From Lytechinus pictus (lineage: Eukaryota), in NCBI RefSeq assembly GCF_037042905.1, contig NC_087252.1, positions 6,510,001 through 6,574,000 on the forward strand: 64,000 bases of DNA, given 5' to 3'. Positions 36,501-48,600 of the stretch are shown piece after piece; position 1 is the stretch's first letter; each line of letters opens with the position of its first letter. The notes under the pieces were generated by a model. That model was not told the origin of the DNA. It did not search any database and saw nothing but the letters and a program-made list of their open reading frames with translations. Made by a program: the position numbers and the translations under genes.

Positions 36501-39500
36501 TTTAAATCTATGAATTTTTCTTGTTCACCAGAGCTCTCAAAAACTATAATTTTGAATATATTTTTGAGAGCCCTCTATTGGTGGAAAGTGAGATTGATGC
36601 AGATCTTCATCTCCGCAGATTCTCTTTTTAATTAGAAAAAATTAATTTCAATAATTCAATTGAGTTATGGGCCAAGGCATAGGCCTATTTTTATGATGAA
36701 TTTAGATCTAAGTTGGGCCTAACTTACTGTATGAAAAACTGACGTGCCAAAAAATCAAACATTTATCCAGCCTATATCAAGAGAAAATAAGCCAAACATT
36801 GACAATCATATTCATGTTATTTCACCGCACAGGGGTTACTGACTGAGGACAAAACCTAAATTGGATAAGTGCTTGTTGGTATAAGAGAGCAGATTTTCAG
36901 CCATGACAAAAACGGAGCTGAAACTAAACGGCTGCATGCGCCCGACCCGCACTGCGCACTTGCGGTGCGCCGGTGAGCTAAGACGGGGAAGCTGAGGCGC
37001 AGCAACTCGGCAGGCGCTGGGAGCTTAGGCAAGCGAAGCAAGTAGATTTGGCGTTCGGCTCCGAAGACTCAACTTGAGATCAAAATTTGATAATCTCCTT
37101 TCTTCCTCAAAAATTTGACAACTATTCAAAAAATAAAGTACAGATCAATGTTAAAATTGCGTTGGGATAGATCTAACTTAGAGTAGCGTCGGTGCGCGAC
37201 GGCCGGGCGGCGCGGGGTATGGTGTGCAGCCGTTCGGCAGCTGCAGCATGCAGGCAGCGCAGAAGCTCAGCAATATACCACTGAAATCACCAAACACACT
37301 AGACATACATGTACACTGCACATTCACTAACTCACTCCAACACTACAAAATCTTCCGGCGACATGGGCAAAACCTCAAATAAAAGGTGAAATTTTCTTAC
37401 CTAAATCACCATATTTCGCGTCAAAAATATCACCACCAGTAATTTTTAACATCGTAGTTAGGAAACAAGGGGTCTAAAAAAATGTATTTTTCACGGTTTT
37501 TCCGATGTTCGTGGATTATGAAAACATGTCCTCACTAAAAACTGGCACTTTCGGGAGCCGATGTCAGCCGCCATTTTTTTCCGGAAGTCAACGCTAAGTG
37601 CGGCCGTAGCGTGTACGCTCGTTATTTTCACATGCATTTGCAATGGAACTGCGCACTTAGCAGTGTTTGCGCGCCGTTTAACGTCGCTCTCTGTGCAAAA
37701 CTAGCGCATTTGCGTAGCCGTGCGCTTCAGTCGCATCTTGATATGAGCCATGCATGCGTTAGTCGCATCATACAGCCGTTTCAATAATTTCAACACTATA
37801 TTGATTAACCCAAAAATCTGAATTTTGTTTTTAAAATTCGGAATACGGAATGGAGGTATAAAAATCGGTATAATTCCGCCAAAATCGGAATGGTTGGCAG
37901 GTATGTCACCACCATCATCATCACCATCATCATCATCATCACAATCATCACCATCACCATCATCATCACCATCATCATCATCATCATCAATAATCATTAC
38001 ATGTACCTACTGGTATCAGGTGGTCCATGCACAGTCTATGGGAATCTAAGGATCCAGAAGTCAACCGGTTAACCTTACCTTTGAATACAACGTTTGCAGC
38101 TGGTAGATCAACCTGGTACCCTAGTGAGACCGATGACTCTCTCCCTCTTAAATTACTCTCAAATTCTACACCAATCTGAACTTCTTTTCCTTTGTGATAG
38201 TAAGCTGCGTGGAATGCGGTTGGTCCTACAGTACTGGAAGCAATCCAATTATCAGCTGAATAATAAAGAGACAAAATGTTAATTTGGGCTACCCGCTATG
38301 TACACCATATTTGATCAATATACTAGATCACCAAACAGTTGTCAAATAGGACAGGTCAAATGTAAAAAAAAAAGAGTCATATCTGCTGTGAGCACTGTAC
38401 AGACAAGCATAAGCTGAACGCATAATTTATTAATCGACCAGGGAAAACTTTTATCTTGCTGAAGTTTTTTGTATTTTTGCTTTTACTTTTCACTATTACT
38501 GTTTTCTCATGCCAACAAAGAGGTTGGGTTTGATAGCCGTAGAAATATTTTTCAAGGGTGTCACTTTGATGATATTTCCATACATGTGAGCTATGCAAAG
38601 CTAAATGCTACCAATTCTCTAACGAAAGTGTAGTCATATAATGTAGTAAATGGTGGTGGTTAATAAAGGCTACTGCCAACTGGCTGTTTTAATGACTTAA
38701 ATCTCATTTCAAAATTCATGTTTGCATTTATACACATACATGCATTTCAAAAAATTTCAGTCGGAATGTATGGGAGCACCTTGCTTGCTGAAAAAAGCAA
38801 CAACTGATAATCAAATACTTACTTGCATATTTGCCTGCTAGTGAGACTACAGTAGCTTGTTGGCCCTGCCCACAATGATAGAGAAGCTCCGCCCCCAAGG
38901 CCAATCTCTTAGTTATACTCTGCATATAATGAAGTACAGCTATACCCGATCCTTCTAATGGATCGACGTTAGCCATGGTTAGTGTTCCGGTGTAGGACGG
39001 GCCTTTGTATTCCAGCTCAGCTTGGTATACACCCCATTTGGTTTGCTGTGTCTGTTGGAGTGATTAGAAAAACATGACAAAAATAAAAATCCTCTCTAAA
39101 ATTGCTTCTGCTTCTAAAGCCAATTAATTGAATTACAGATATGATGGTACCTGTCAAGTTGATGATATGGTTAAAGAAAAATGCACAAATTATTTGTTTT
39201 TTACATTATGCCAAAAAAATAGTATAAAGTATAAAGACACTTCTCCTACACTTTCGTTATCTTTTCACACTTCCTGCCCCCTGTCCACTCGCAACCCCCA
39301 ATACCCCCCTTCCCCAAAGGGGATCATCATGCTTTTTAGTTTCTTCCTTTCACTGGATTGCATTTTTTTCTTTCCTGCTATATTATTTCTTTTTTCTTTT
39401 TCTAAAGTCTTATTTTTTAACACATACAGTAAAGAGTAATATTAACCTTTACACTTTATTTCAATTTATCGTTCAAATTAAAAGTTGAAACAGAGTTGCA

Positions 39501-42500
39501 TCAAATTGACTAAGATGGGAATAGATGTTACCTGTACAACAAATTTAGAGCGTATTCTATCAGCAAGCTGATGGATGATCTGAGCGTTGAGACTCCCTGA
39601 GGTATCTATATCACCAAGTAGAACAGGAAATGCCTGCAGAAAAAATACAAAGTATCCAATCAACATCATTGTTGCATATTCATTTCTTGTATGAGGTTGA
39701 ACAGTAGCCAATCAAAATTGTTCTTTCAAATTTGCAACTGACAGTAATCATTTGTTAAAGAGCCACTTTTTAACACTTATAATTCACGAGAAGTTACACC
39801 CAATAGATGAGGTGATCAGGTGAAAGAAAAGATAACAAAAATTACATCTATAAGTACAGTAAATCCAGTAAATACTGCAGCATTTCATGCCATGACGCCC
39901 ATTTGAAATTGTAGCATATATTATGCAAACAATAATCCTTTCAAATATTCAAATTCACTTGTCTGATTTTTATTGAATTTTTACATTCCGATTCTGTGAT
40001 TTTTTTCTTAATAAGAAGGCCTGCACATTATTCCTGTTATAATAATGAATACTATTCTTGCAAAAATGATAACGAAATTGTCAATGCTGTAATTATTATC
40101 ATCGTCATCATCATTATCATTGTTTTTGCATTTGTTGATACTATTACAATTTTTAGTGCTATAATCAGTATTCATATCATAATCAAATATTTGTCCTAAT
40201 TCAATGATTGTGCATCAAAAAATAATAAATTGAAATAATTACCTCTGTTGGACTGATCTGTTTGCTTCCGACGTATGTCGAACCGAAGTGATATGATGAT
40301 GGATTGAAGGCTGACAATGATAACGTATGACTGACCTGGAAATGGTTACTCAATCCTTTGTTGACTACAAGTTTACATCCCTCCAGAGGTGTGGGAAATA
40401 TTTCTAAATTCAATGAAATATTAAAAGACAAGGTTAAAAATAAAACACAAAAAGTGGTTCCAGTTACTTCATGAGAGAGTATGTATAGTGTAGACTCTAG
40501 ATTGGTGTGGAGTAGATGATAGCCTCACCAATCAGCCGGGCCAACTGAAAATAAACTTGATTTGGTTTTAACTTCAATGTACACTTATAGTAATACAGGA
40601 TGTTTGTTTGGGTTTAGCAATTATGTGGCTATTAAATGTCTAGATCTTAGGATTGTTGAGAATTTTGGCAACCCAAAGCAAATGACAATCTCAAGTTTGA
40701 TCAAATTTATGCTCTCAATTTTTCCATTAGTATGTCGGGCTCGCATGACCTACAGCGACAAAAGAATATTCGATTAGAAATGTTTGAATTTGTTAAAACG
40801 AGGGAGACACTGCCAGGGTAGATTGGGGTCTCAATAGTAATCTTAATAAAATGTGGAAACAGAAATTATGCACTTACCACGATTATATGGATGAAGGTCT
40901 ATCGTGACACACAAATCCTGACATCGAGGCACAGACTGGAACCTAAAAAACCCCCTGAAAAGTTCTGTCGCAATACCTCTCCTTCTTTCAAAATTCAAAT
41001 CAAAATGGCCGATCGAGACCGAGGCTATATTTTGTTTTTTGAGGTTCCAGTCTGTGCCTCGATGTTAGGATTTGTGTGTCACGATAGACCTTCATCCATA
41101 TATCGTGATAAGTGCATAATTTCTGTTTCCACATTTTATTAAGATTACTATTGAGACACCAATCTACCCCAGTCCCGTGTCTCCCTCGTTTTGCACGGTC
41201 GACTCCTGGGCTAACCAAAAATAGGGCCCAAAGTTTTGGTTAGATCCCAATGGATCTACATCTAGGATGCAGCTGCAGAAACAGGACAAAATCACTATAA
41301 AAGACTAACCTAAATAAAGGCATGAAACCAAACCAGGGGCAGTAGATAGAGGTCAATTTTAACTCACAATGCACCATTCATTGTTTTGTCATTCATCATC
41401 ATTTGATATGACTGTCACTGGTCTGGAATTTGTGCAGTATTAATTAGTAAACAATAATAAGTCTCTTTTTAGAAAATTTAGCATGACGCTTGGCTGTGTG
41501 CATCTATAATAGTATAATAGTATAACCGCTTAGAGGCAATTTGCGAATTTGTGGTATATAAAATTGTTATTATTATTAATGCGACTGTGATTAGTCTCAA
41601 AGCAGAAATCTCTACGACTCGGACTCCAACGTTAGTATCTAGCTGACTGATATGATTTTGTTTCAGTAGAGGCGCCGGTCAGCAAATTGGGATCGTCCCA
41701 GTTTACAGGGACTATCTCAGTTTTCAGAATTTAATCATTTATCCACACAAGAAGTCTAGGAAAGTTCATTCATCTGTCAAGTGCCAACACATGAAATGCG
41801 CTGGTCAATGTAAATATATCAGGTTCATAACAAGATTATTGGAAGACGGAAAGTCGTGAAAAATAGACTGTGAACTGGGGGGAATTGAGGTCACTGAGTC
41901 TATTTTTAGCACTCTCCATCCCCGAAATTGCCGTCCATGTCCCGCAGGGGTACTGTAAGTGAAGAAAAACTGTCCCCATAAGGACAATCTCAATGTACGA
42001 TTTGTCTTGGTTAATGTCTATGAGGATACCCTTGTTTTCTGATTCAATTTTTGATTTTGGACAAGCGCTTCGCTCTGTTCTTCGTGCCTTACGTTATTCG
42101 TTAAGGCTATAAAAAAGGAGATTCACAAATAACAACTTGTATGGCAGTGAGTCCAAACTTCGTGTGTGTCCATTCTTCGCTAACGGTCATTATAAAACTA
42201 GCCAATATCTTTAAAATCTAATATCAACGTGAAAAGCGACCTAAAATTACCCTTTGGCGTAAGTTTCTTTAGGATGAGTTCAGTATTCATGAAAATATTG
42301 ACAAAAGATTGGCAAATTTGTCACCGTTTAATAGCGCCTGTTCCAAAGAAATCTGAATCATTTTGCAAGCAGATATAAAAAATATGAGTTCAATGTGCTG
42401 ACTGATTCTATAGCATTTTGTTGTTAATCCGATATAAATATCTCACATTTTGAGCTTGAGTTTTTGTTTAAATCTGCACAAAAACTTTGGTCCACGTAGT

Positions 42501-43059
42501 TAGGTCACACTTTTACAGAACGGTTTTTCAGCAAAGCGTGTATTCGTTGATCGGAACAAAATTTTGAGATTGCGATACCCACGAACTGAAGAAACCCCTC
42601 GAAAGGCTTGATCTACTTCACATTTTCTTCAATGATTTTAGAGTTTACGATCTTGCCGTCAATGTGGTAACTATTTTTTTAATTGGTTTTGTATACATTG
42701 TGAATATTTTGTTTTTGTGAACAAATTTAAGCCTGACGAATATTTATTGAAAATAATGTCCGCGAAGTTTGGACACCTAGCCCCATCACTTTTTTATCAG
42801 ATCATAACTAAGGAACTCCCACCTCTCATGGTACACTGGACATTGAATTGCATGCTCCTCATGCATCATGCTTACCTTTAACTTTCTTGAAAAGATCTTC
42901 AAAATTTCCCGGGTTCGGGAGGTCGTTCCCGGCCTTGTTTGCTGCGGCCAGCGCTGCGGCAGCAGCAGGGGAGATGGGTGGCACAGGCATGCCCATCATC
43001 GGGGGACTACCGGGGACTGGTGTCGATCCAGTTTTCTCAGCTGCAAAGACGTTTCCCAT
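33579..43059 (-). CDS. TOMM40: Mitochondrial import receptor subunit TOM40 (6 exons, 330 aa)
   Basis: Exons 43059-42876, 40403-40243, 39633-39532, 39051-38823, 38255-38079, 33718-33579. Total 993 nt, phases consistent. Motifs [67 protein letters not shown] and C-terminal beta-signal RFGFGLMIG. Confidence 0.97.
33669..34066 (-). repeat. Tandem triplication of the TOMM40 intron 5 / exon 6 junction
   Basis: AG|GCATGGTAGACACAAATT.GAC.GTAGCAGC..GAGAAGAGACTT occurs at the true acceptor (exon start 33718) and in copies starting 33876 and 34049. Confidence 0.9.
34616..35097. other. Assembly gaps (N runs 34616-34867 and 34893-35097)
   Basis: Runs of n. Confidence 1.
35110..36259. mobile_element. Helentron/DINE-1-like non-autonomous element (HINE) with internal ~162-bp tandem array
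   Basis: Starts AAACAAG; subterminal IR GTCTCGCCTGCAT (35133-35145) / ATGCAGGCGAGAC (36241-36253); 3' hairpin GTCTCGC..GCGAGAC; short (GCC)n; A-run end; about 5 tandem units containing TGACCTTTGACC. Confidence 0.75.
37905..37990. repeat. (CAT)n/(CAC)n microsatellite
   Basis: Read directly from the sequence. Confidence 0.95.
40795..41192. repeat. Long inverted repeat / foldback element in TOMM40 intron 1
   Basis: Arms 40795-40950 and 41035-41192 (~155 bp, few mismatches) with a ~85-bp spacer. Confidence 0.92.
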
Positions 43060-43279
43060 GGTGTAGATCAAAATATAATATCTACTATCACTTCTCGGCC
43101 CACTTCTCTTTTAAATGAATTCAAATGTTGGTTCAGTGTGCTTCATAAATCGTTTGATATGTCTTAGAGTGTCATTACACAACCTTTCTCACCACAACTC
43201 CACTTCAGTCCCACAAGTTCAATCTTTTGTCAAGTTTCGCAAAATTTCGCACACGCACTAAAATTTCCAGTCGCACATG

Positions 43280-43335
43280 TATTTCATGCGTGCAGAATTC
43301 GCCCACATTGATTGGCTAGCATGCGTCACGTGGTC
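43280..43335 (-). promoter_or_regulatory. TOMM40 proximal promoter motifs
   Basis: CCAAT box (ATTGG 43311-43315), E-box CACGTG (43327-43332), CRE-like TGCGTCA and NRF1-like GCATGCG, clustered ~250 bp upstream of the ATG. Confidence 0.55.
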
Positions 43336-44778
43336 GTAACTTTGCAAGAGCTCGCAGGTGAATTTCAAGAGCCTCTTCGTCTAATCTTCGAATTCCCATT
43401 TCGTCCAATGATGGGGCGCTTAATTATTGTACGCGGGGGGGGGGGGGGGGGGGACAAGTTTCCCCATGTTACAATAAGCGCCTCTAGGCCTACATCAGGT
43501 TCTTTTCTTTTCTGCTTATATCCTCAAATATACCACCACCATCATTCATCAGGTAGGCCTGATTACCAACTGGTGCTTCAGCAATAACTTGTTGAAGAGT
43601 AAATTATTTTCCTTTGTTAATTTGTGTAAAAATCAAATACTAGTAATTATAACCGTTTAATGATATTTAATGGGAAATTAAAATTTTGAAGAGCAAACGG
43701 TAATTCATTGGATTCATTGAGGAAAAGTGGATGCATGTGCAACTCTATCTTTACTCATTTAGGCCTGTATACAAATTAACCACCAGGGACCAATTTCAAA
43801 ACGTGCAGAATAGGACCCGGAATCGGTAATTAAGTTTAAAAAGGTATCGGGTTTCCTTTGTTTATTAATTCAATTTTTTATTCATACGTACACGGTATAT
43901 TATGCTGGGGTCTTGATGTCGTGCCGATTCCCCCCCCCCAAAAAAAAAAAAAATGGCTGCTTTGAATGAGCGGACTAAAATCAGACAATGTTGACATCAG
44001 ATTTATTCATCAAAATCCAATAAGACAGTAATATCATTTAAAACTTTCGTGTTTTTTTTTTTGCACCAACACCCTGACACTACAAATTAGAGAGTCGATG
44101 ATGTTACACAACATTTATTTCAAATCTAACAAATTGATAAAGAAGTATATTTCTATTGAACCAAATTTGTTAAGATGCTCTAGAAAGAACCAAACCTTTT
44201 TTAATGTAATATTAATAAAAATGAAAATTAACTTCAAACTGAATGAACAGTTGACAAGCAAAAAAAAAGTTTTCCTAACAAAATTTGGAGGTCGTTTCGT
44301 ACCCCCAAAAAATGACGAGCCAAAAAAAAAAGTTTCAAACAAATTTTAGGGGGGGGTTTGTACCCCTGTAACCACCACCCTGCGTACAAAAGGTTCCAAA
44401 AATATTTTAGGGGCCGGGCTGAATCCCTGTAACCCCCCCCCCTGCGTACGCTTCTGCATCATCAATCCCTATCCCTACATCAAAACCTATTGCAAAAGAA
44501 ATAGCGAACTCGTTAGTGATATGCAATCTGTGCCCTCATCTGCATACCAACCATGAAATTTATTCAACATAAAAAAAAATCAAACAACTTTCTTCTTTCA
44601 CATCCGATTTCGAAAAAAAATATATCAGCGCTATGCTTCAGTTTTATTTGTTTATTCATTTAAATAAACTTAATTTTATTGGGGTGGCCTCGCCTATAGC
44701 TTTATCATGCTGTAATGTCGTAGGCAAATTAATATCCAATAAGTTCTGATGCAGATGTATTTGTAATAAAAAATAAAA

Positions 44779-45075
44779 GGGGGTGTTTCATAAAGCTATT
44801 CGTAAGCTAGGAGCGACTTTAAGACAAACTAGTGAACCTTTCTCACGCGCTAAACCATCGCCAATGAACATTTTGGTGTTTACCACTTACCACAAGAAAG
44901 GGTCACCAGTCGCTCTAGAGAACAGCTTTATGAAACACCCACCAGGGGACATTTCATAAAGGACTTGCAACTACCATGTTAACAGGGCTCAGCAGCCAAT
45001 CATAATCAAGGATTCCATGGTAGTTGCCATAATGGCACAGTTACAACAGTTGCAAGTCCTTTGTGAAACGGGCCC
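44779..45075. mobile_element. Two different CWG-type MITEs head-to-tail sharing one CAG
   Basis: 44779-44942 (18936 family), CAG, 44946-45075 (32164 family), CAG. Confidence 0.82.
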
Positions 45076-45679
45076 CAGATTTGGGAAGTAAGTCAGTCGA
45101 TGACATACTTCCATTAATTAACGGGGAGATAAACAGTATTTATCGTAATGTTTCACATGAACACACGTAATTAAAATACGCACACATAAGCATTTCAGTT
45201 CATCGATTTTAATCTATAGATGCAACATGTGTTAATATATGGCAACATTAAAATGTATACCCCTTAATTATTTCAGAGTTGTAAGAAGTGCCGGGAAAAA
45301 AGAAGAAGAAAAGGATGAAGACGAGGAAGAGGAAGGAGGAAGAGGGTCGAAGAGGAGGAGGAAGCGGAAGATTTAGGAATTGAAAATTAGATTTTAAGAT
45401 CAGTTTAACACATTTTCGGCTAATTTGGAACAAGCCATTGTGTAATTCCCCAGTCCGGGCCTTGAAAATTTTAAATTTAATTGCTCACGTAGTTTATAGA
45501 CCGTCATTTCTATTGTGCCACACTTGGTTGGCAGTAGCTAAAAGGCCCAATGAACTCTAATTCATTTTAACAGAGTGCGAGGTTGTGATTTTGAAACTCA
45601 TTTAAACCCTACATTTTCAGAAGAGTGAAATCAAATTCATCGATGACTAAAGTTTCACTTTCGAATATCATCAATCCTT

Positions 45680-48600
45680 TTACGCGGTGACACGGTCAAT
45701 AATTTGCTTCATGAAGTCCATTTGCGGAGCCAGGTTACACGCTGTATCGGAAAATATAATAAAACAAGATGGATGGATTCATGCAATACAGTTATGAATA
45801 AAAAATGATATTCATACTGACATTTCAATACAAATTAAAATATTTGAAATGGTTAATGTGAATATTGGTTCATTAGTTATATTGTGTCTGTCATAGTTTT
45901 ATTTGGAGGAAATGTACCCTTTTTTCAATAAAATTTCCCACAACAAAAGCAAAACAAAGCAAAATAATAACATGGGGGCCTACAAAACATCGATTGATGA
46001 TGGTCGTCAAGTATAAGTTTTGGTTCACATTGACTCGTCATACTATGAAATTCTGCAACGAGTGACGAAGCCCAGTCTGTTGATAATATTCGTTCAGGGG
46101 GGGGGGGGGTGTAGTGTAGGCCCCACTATATGACTGTTGTTTTTGTTTTGTTGCTGTTGTTGTTTGTTACCCCATATCTTCAACATGGATCACACCTTCT
46201 CTGCAATAAAATAATTCACAACAAATTATTTCAACATCAGATCGGTAATAATGTATGTTTTGTTTCTGTTCACGCAGCGAGTGCGGAACCGGGCGGGGTG
46301 CGCAGCCCCCAATTTTTTACTAAACCGTTTGTACAAATACGTGAAAACTATACCATCAAATTGTATTTTTATACATGTTCAGCCACGAAATAACTAGTTC
46401 TTACCGTATGAGATTGAAGCGTATCCCCACCTGTGTTTGAGATATAAGGATAAATGGCTTAGGTTTTGAATATATTTTTTTTACGATTTGATTTTTTTTT
46501 TGTATTGGGCCAACATTTAACGGAATAGATCAAATCAAAGGCGGAAGGGTAGAGGGTGTATGGTTAAAGAGTCATAGTACAAAGGGTTTTTTTTAATAGA
46601 AAGGGCATAAACTCTGAAATCTATATTCTCAAGTTTATAATTATATTTACATTAAATCCTTCTCTTTATGATACTCTAACTTCTTCTTCTCCTTCTGCTT
46701 CTTCTTCTTCTTCCAGAGTAAGTGCTGCTTCAAGGCGATGAAGATAAACGCACTTGTTGTGAGTGTATGTGTGGAACTTTTCACATTCTATTATTGCCAA
46801 ACATATATCTTGGTAAGCTGTGGTCACATCCCGTCGTACTTGCACGTGCGCGCAGTCTACGTGCGAAAACGTGGGCAAAAATCGGGAAATTCGTACGTCA
46901 CGCACGTGGTGAGTACCGACTCGGTACGGATTTGGCAGTGCGCAGACACGACGCAGAACTTTTAGTGCAGGAGGAACTTTCGCTGCGTGCAGGCTACGTT
47001 CGAGCTACGGATTTGCCCCACGTGCGCGCACGCACACCCTCGGTACTGCCAAAGTACGCACAACGCACCGACTCCGTGAGACTTTTTAGATATTCGCCGC
47101 GGCCACCTCCTGTACCGAAGGTGCACTTAGCAAGTGCGCGTTGCCGCACGGATAATTGCGTGACCCGCGCTTACTCGGCACTTTCCCAATGTAATTATTC
47201 AAATGAACGTGAAGAACTCACGTGCACTTGCGGAGTAAGCATGTGATCAGCACTCACAACGCACGTTGTGCTCAAATATAAACAAGAAAACACAAAGTCA
47301 TATTCTATTACCATGTTCCACATAATGACCTTATTCTTATTTATTCACACACTATATAATACATGAATTTCATGAACTATGTCTAAAGTTTATTATCATG
47401 AGTGCTTGAAGAGGTTGTAGAATGTAAAAAAATGAAATAGAATCGTGTATCATGAGTTCAAACAAAGACAGTGGGAAACTGTATTAGTCCGCCAAAAAAA
47501 AAAAAAAAAAAGAATAAAAGTAAAATGATTTGTCATAGATTTCTATGAAATGAAATAATGCTTATTACGAGTTCCTGCGTTCACACAACGAGATCCTGCC
47601 ATGGATATATAGTCAATATCATACTGACTATATATCAATGGTGTAGATACTTTCAATGTTTCAGGAGTCGCCGCGCCTTGGAACCTGGCCTGAAACTCGC
47701 CATCACTCTTCGCTTTTTGGCAACGGGAAGCAAGTCCCTTGCGTATGACTTCCGGATGGCACACAATATGTGTAATCACACGTAAAGACAATTCCTTCTT
47801 TTTTCTAAAAGGAAAGGCAATCCCCCTCCCCATAATGGAGAATATAAGTTGTAATTGGCATTATAATTGGAGTTAGTTTTGCCCAAACCTTTCTAATAGT
47901 ACATGGACCTTTTCTATTCAAGAAGGATTGCTTCAAAACTGTCAATATTCTTTATTACAAAATTAAGGAGTTAGAAATAGCGAATGAAATAATTGTTTAT
48001 AACACGTCAAGTAATATTTGCCGTCCAAGTTATCGATGTTTATAAAGGTGCCACGTCTTGCTCATGCCCTGCCACTTGAAGCTGCTCTGCCAGTATCAAA
48101 AGTATTTGGAGTCTCTGTGGTAGAAGAGGCGGCATTTTGAAGGACGTCAGAAGATCAATCTCTATAAATATACCCCACCACATAGGGGGGGGGGGGCTTA
48201 CGTTCATCGCAAGTGCATGCAGTTGCAAGCTGCGCGTAAGTAAGGACGGCGTACGTGAGCAGCACGTGTAAGTACGGCCTCCATTCCAAAATGTGTCGAA
48301 CGCACGGAGATCGTACGTTGTAAGCAGGTACAACTCACTCCACACGTGCGCGGCGTACAATGCACGCAATCGCTCACTGCAAGGCGTGACACGCGGGCAG
48401 CGCACGCACTACGTACTAACACCTTGCGTAGTCGTACGAGTGACGTGCGTCGACGCACTTGCTCCCTGCGTTCGCCACTTTTCCCTACGTTTTCAGAAAA
48501 ACGCAGCGACCGTAGCCTCCCCCAAAAAACGTACGGCCAAAAAAAACGTACGGCGGCTTGTGACCAGGGCTAGATGAATGAATAGAAGCTATAGCTGATA

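Noticed and set aside
46009-46076. Alternative last exon for the depolymerase (DWASSLVAEFHSMTSQCEPKTYT)
   Set aside because: Phase-compatible but with a weak polypyrimidine tract and no similarity. The exon at 45741-45680 gives the expected PQM...IIDRV terminal helix.
46722-47246. 174-aa ORF, the longest gap-free plus-strand ORF in this region
   Set aside because: It straddles the Harbinger TIR. The GC-rich subterminal sequence is stop-poor by composition and there is no family motif.
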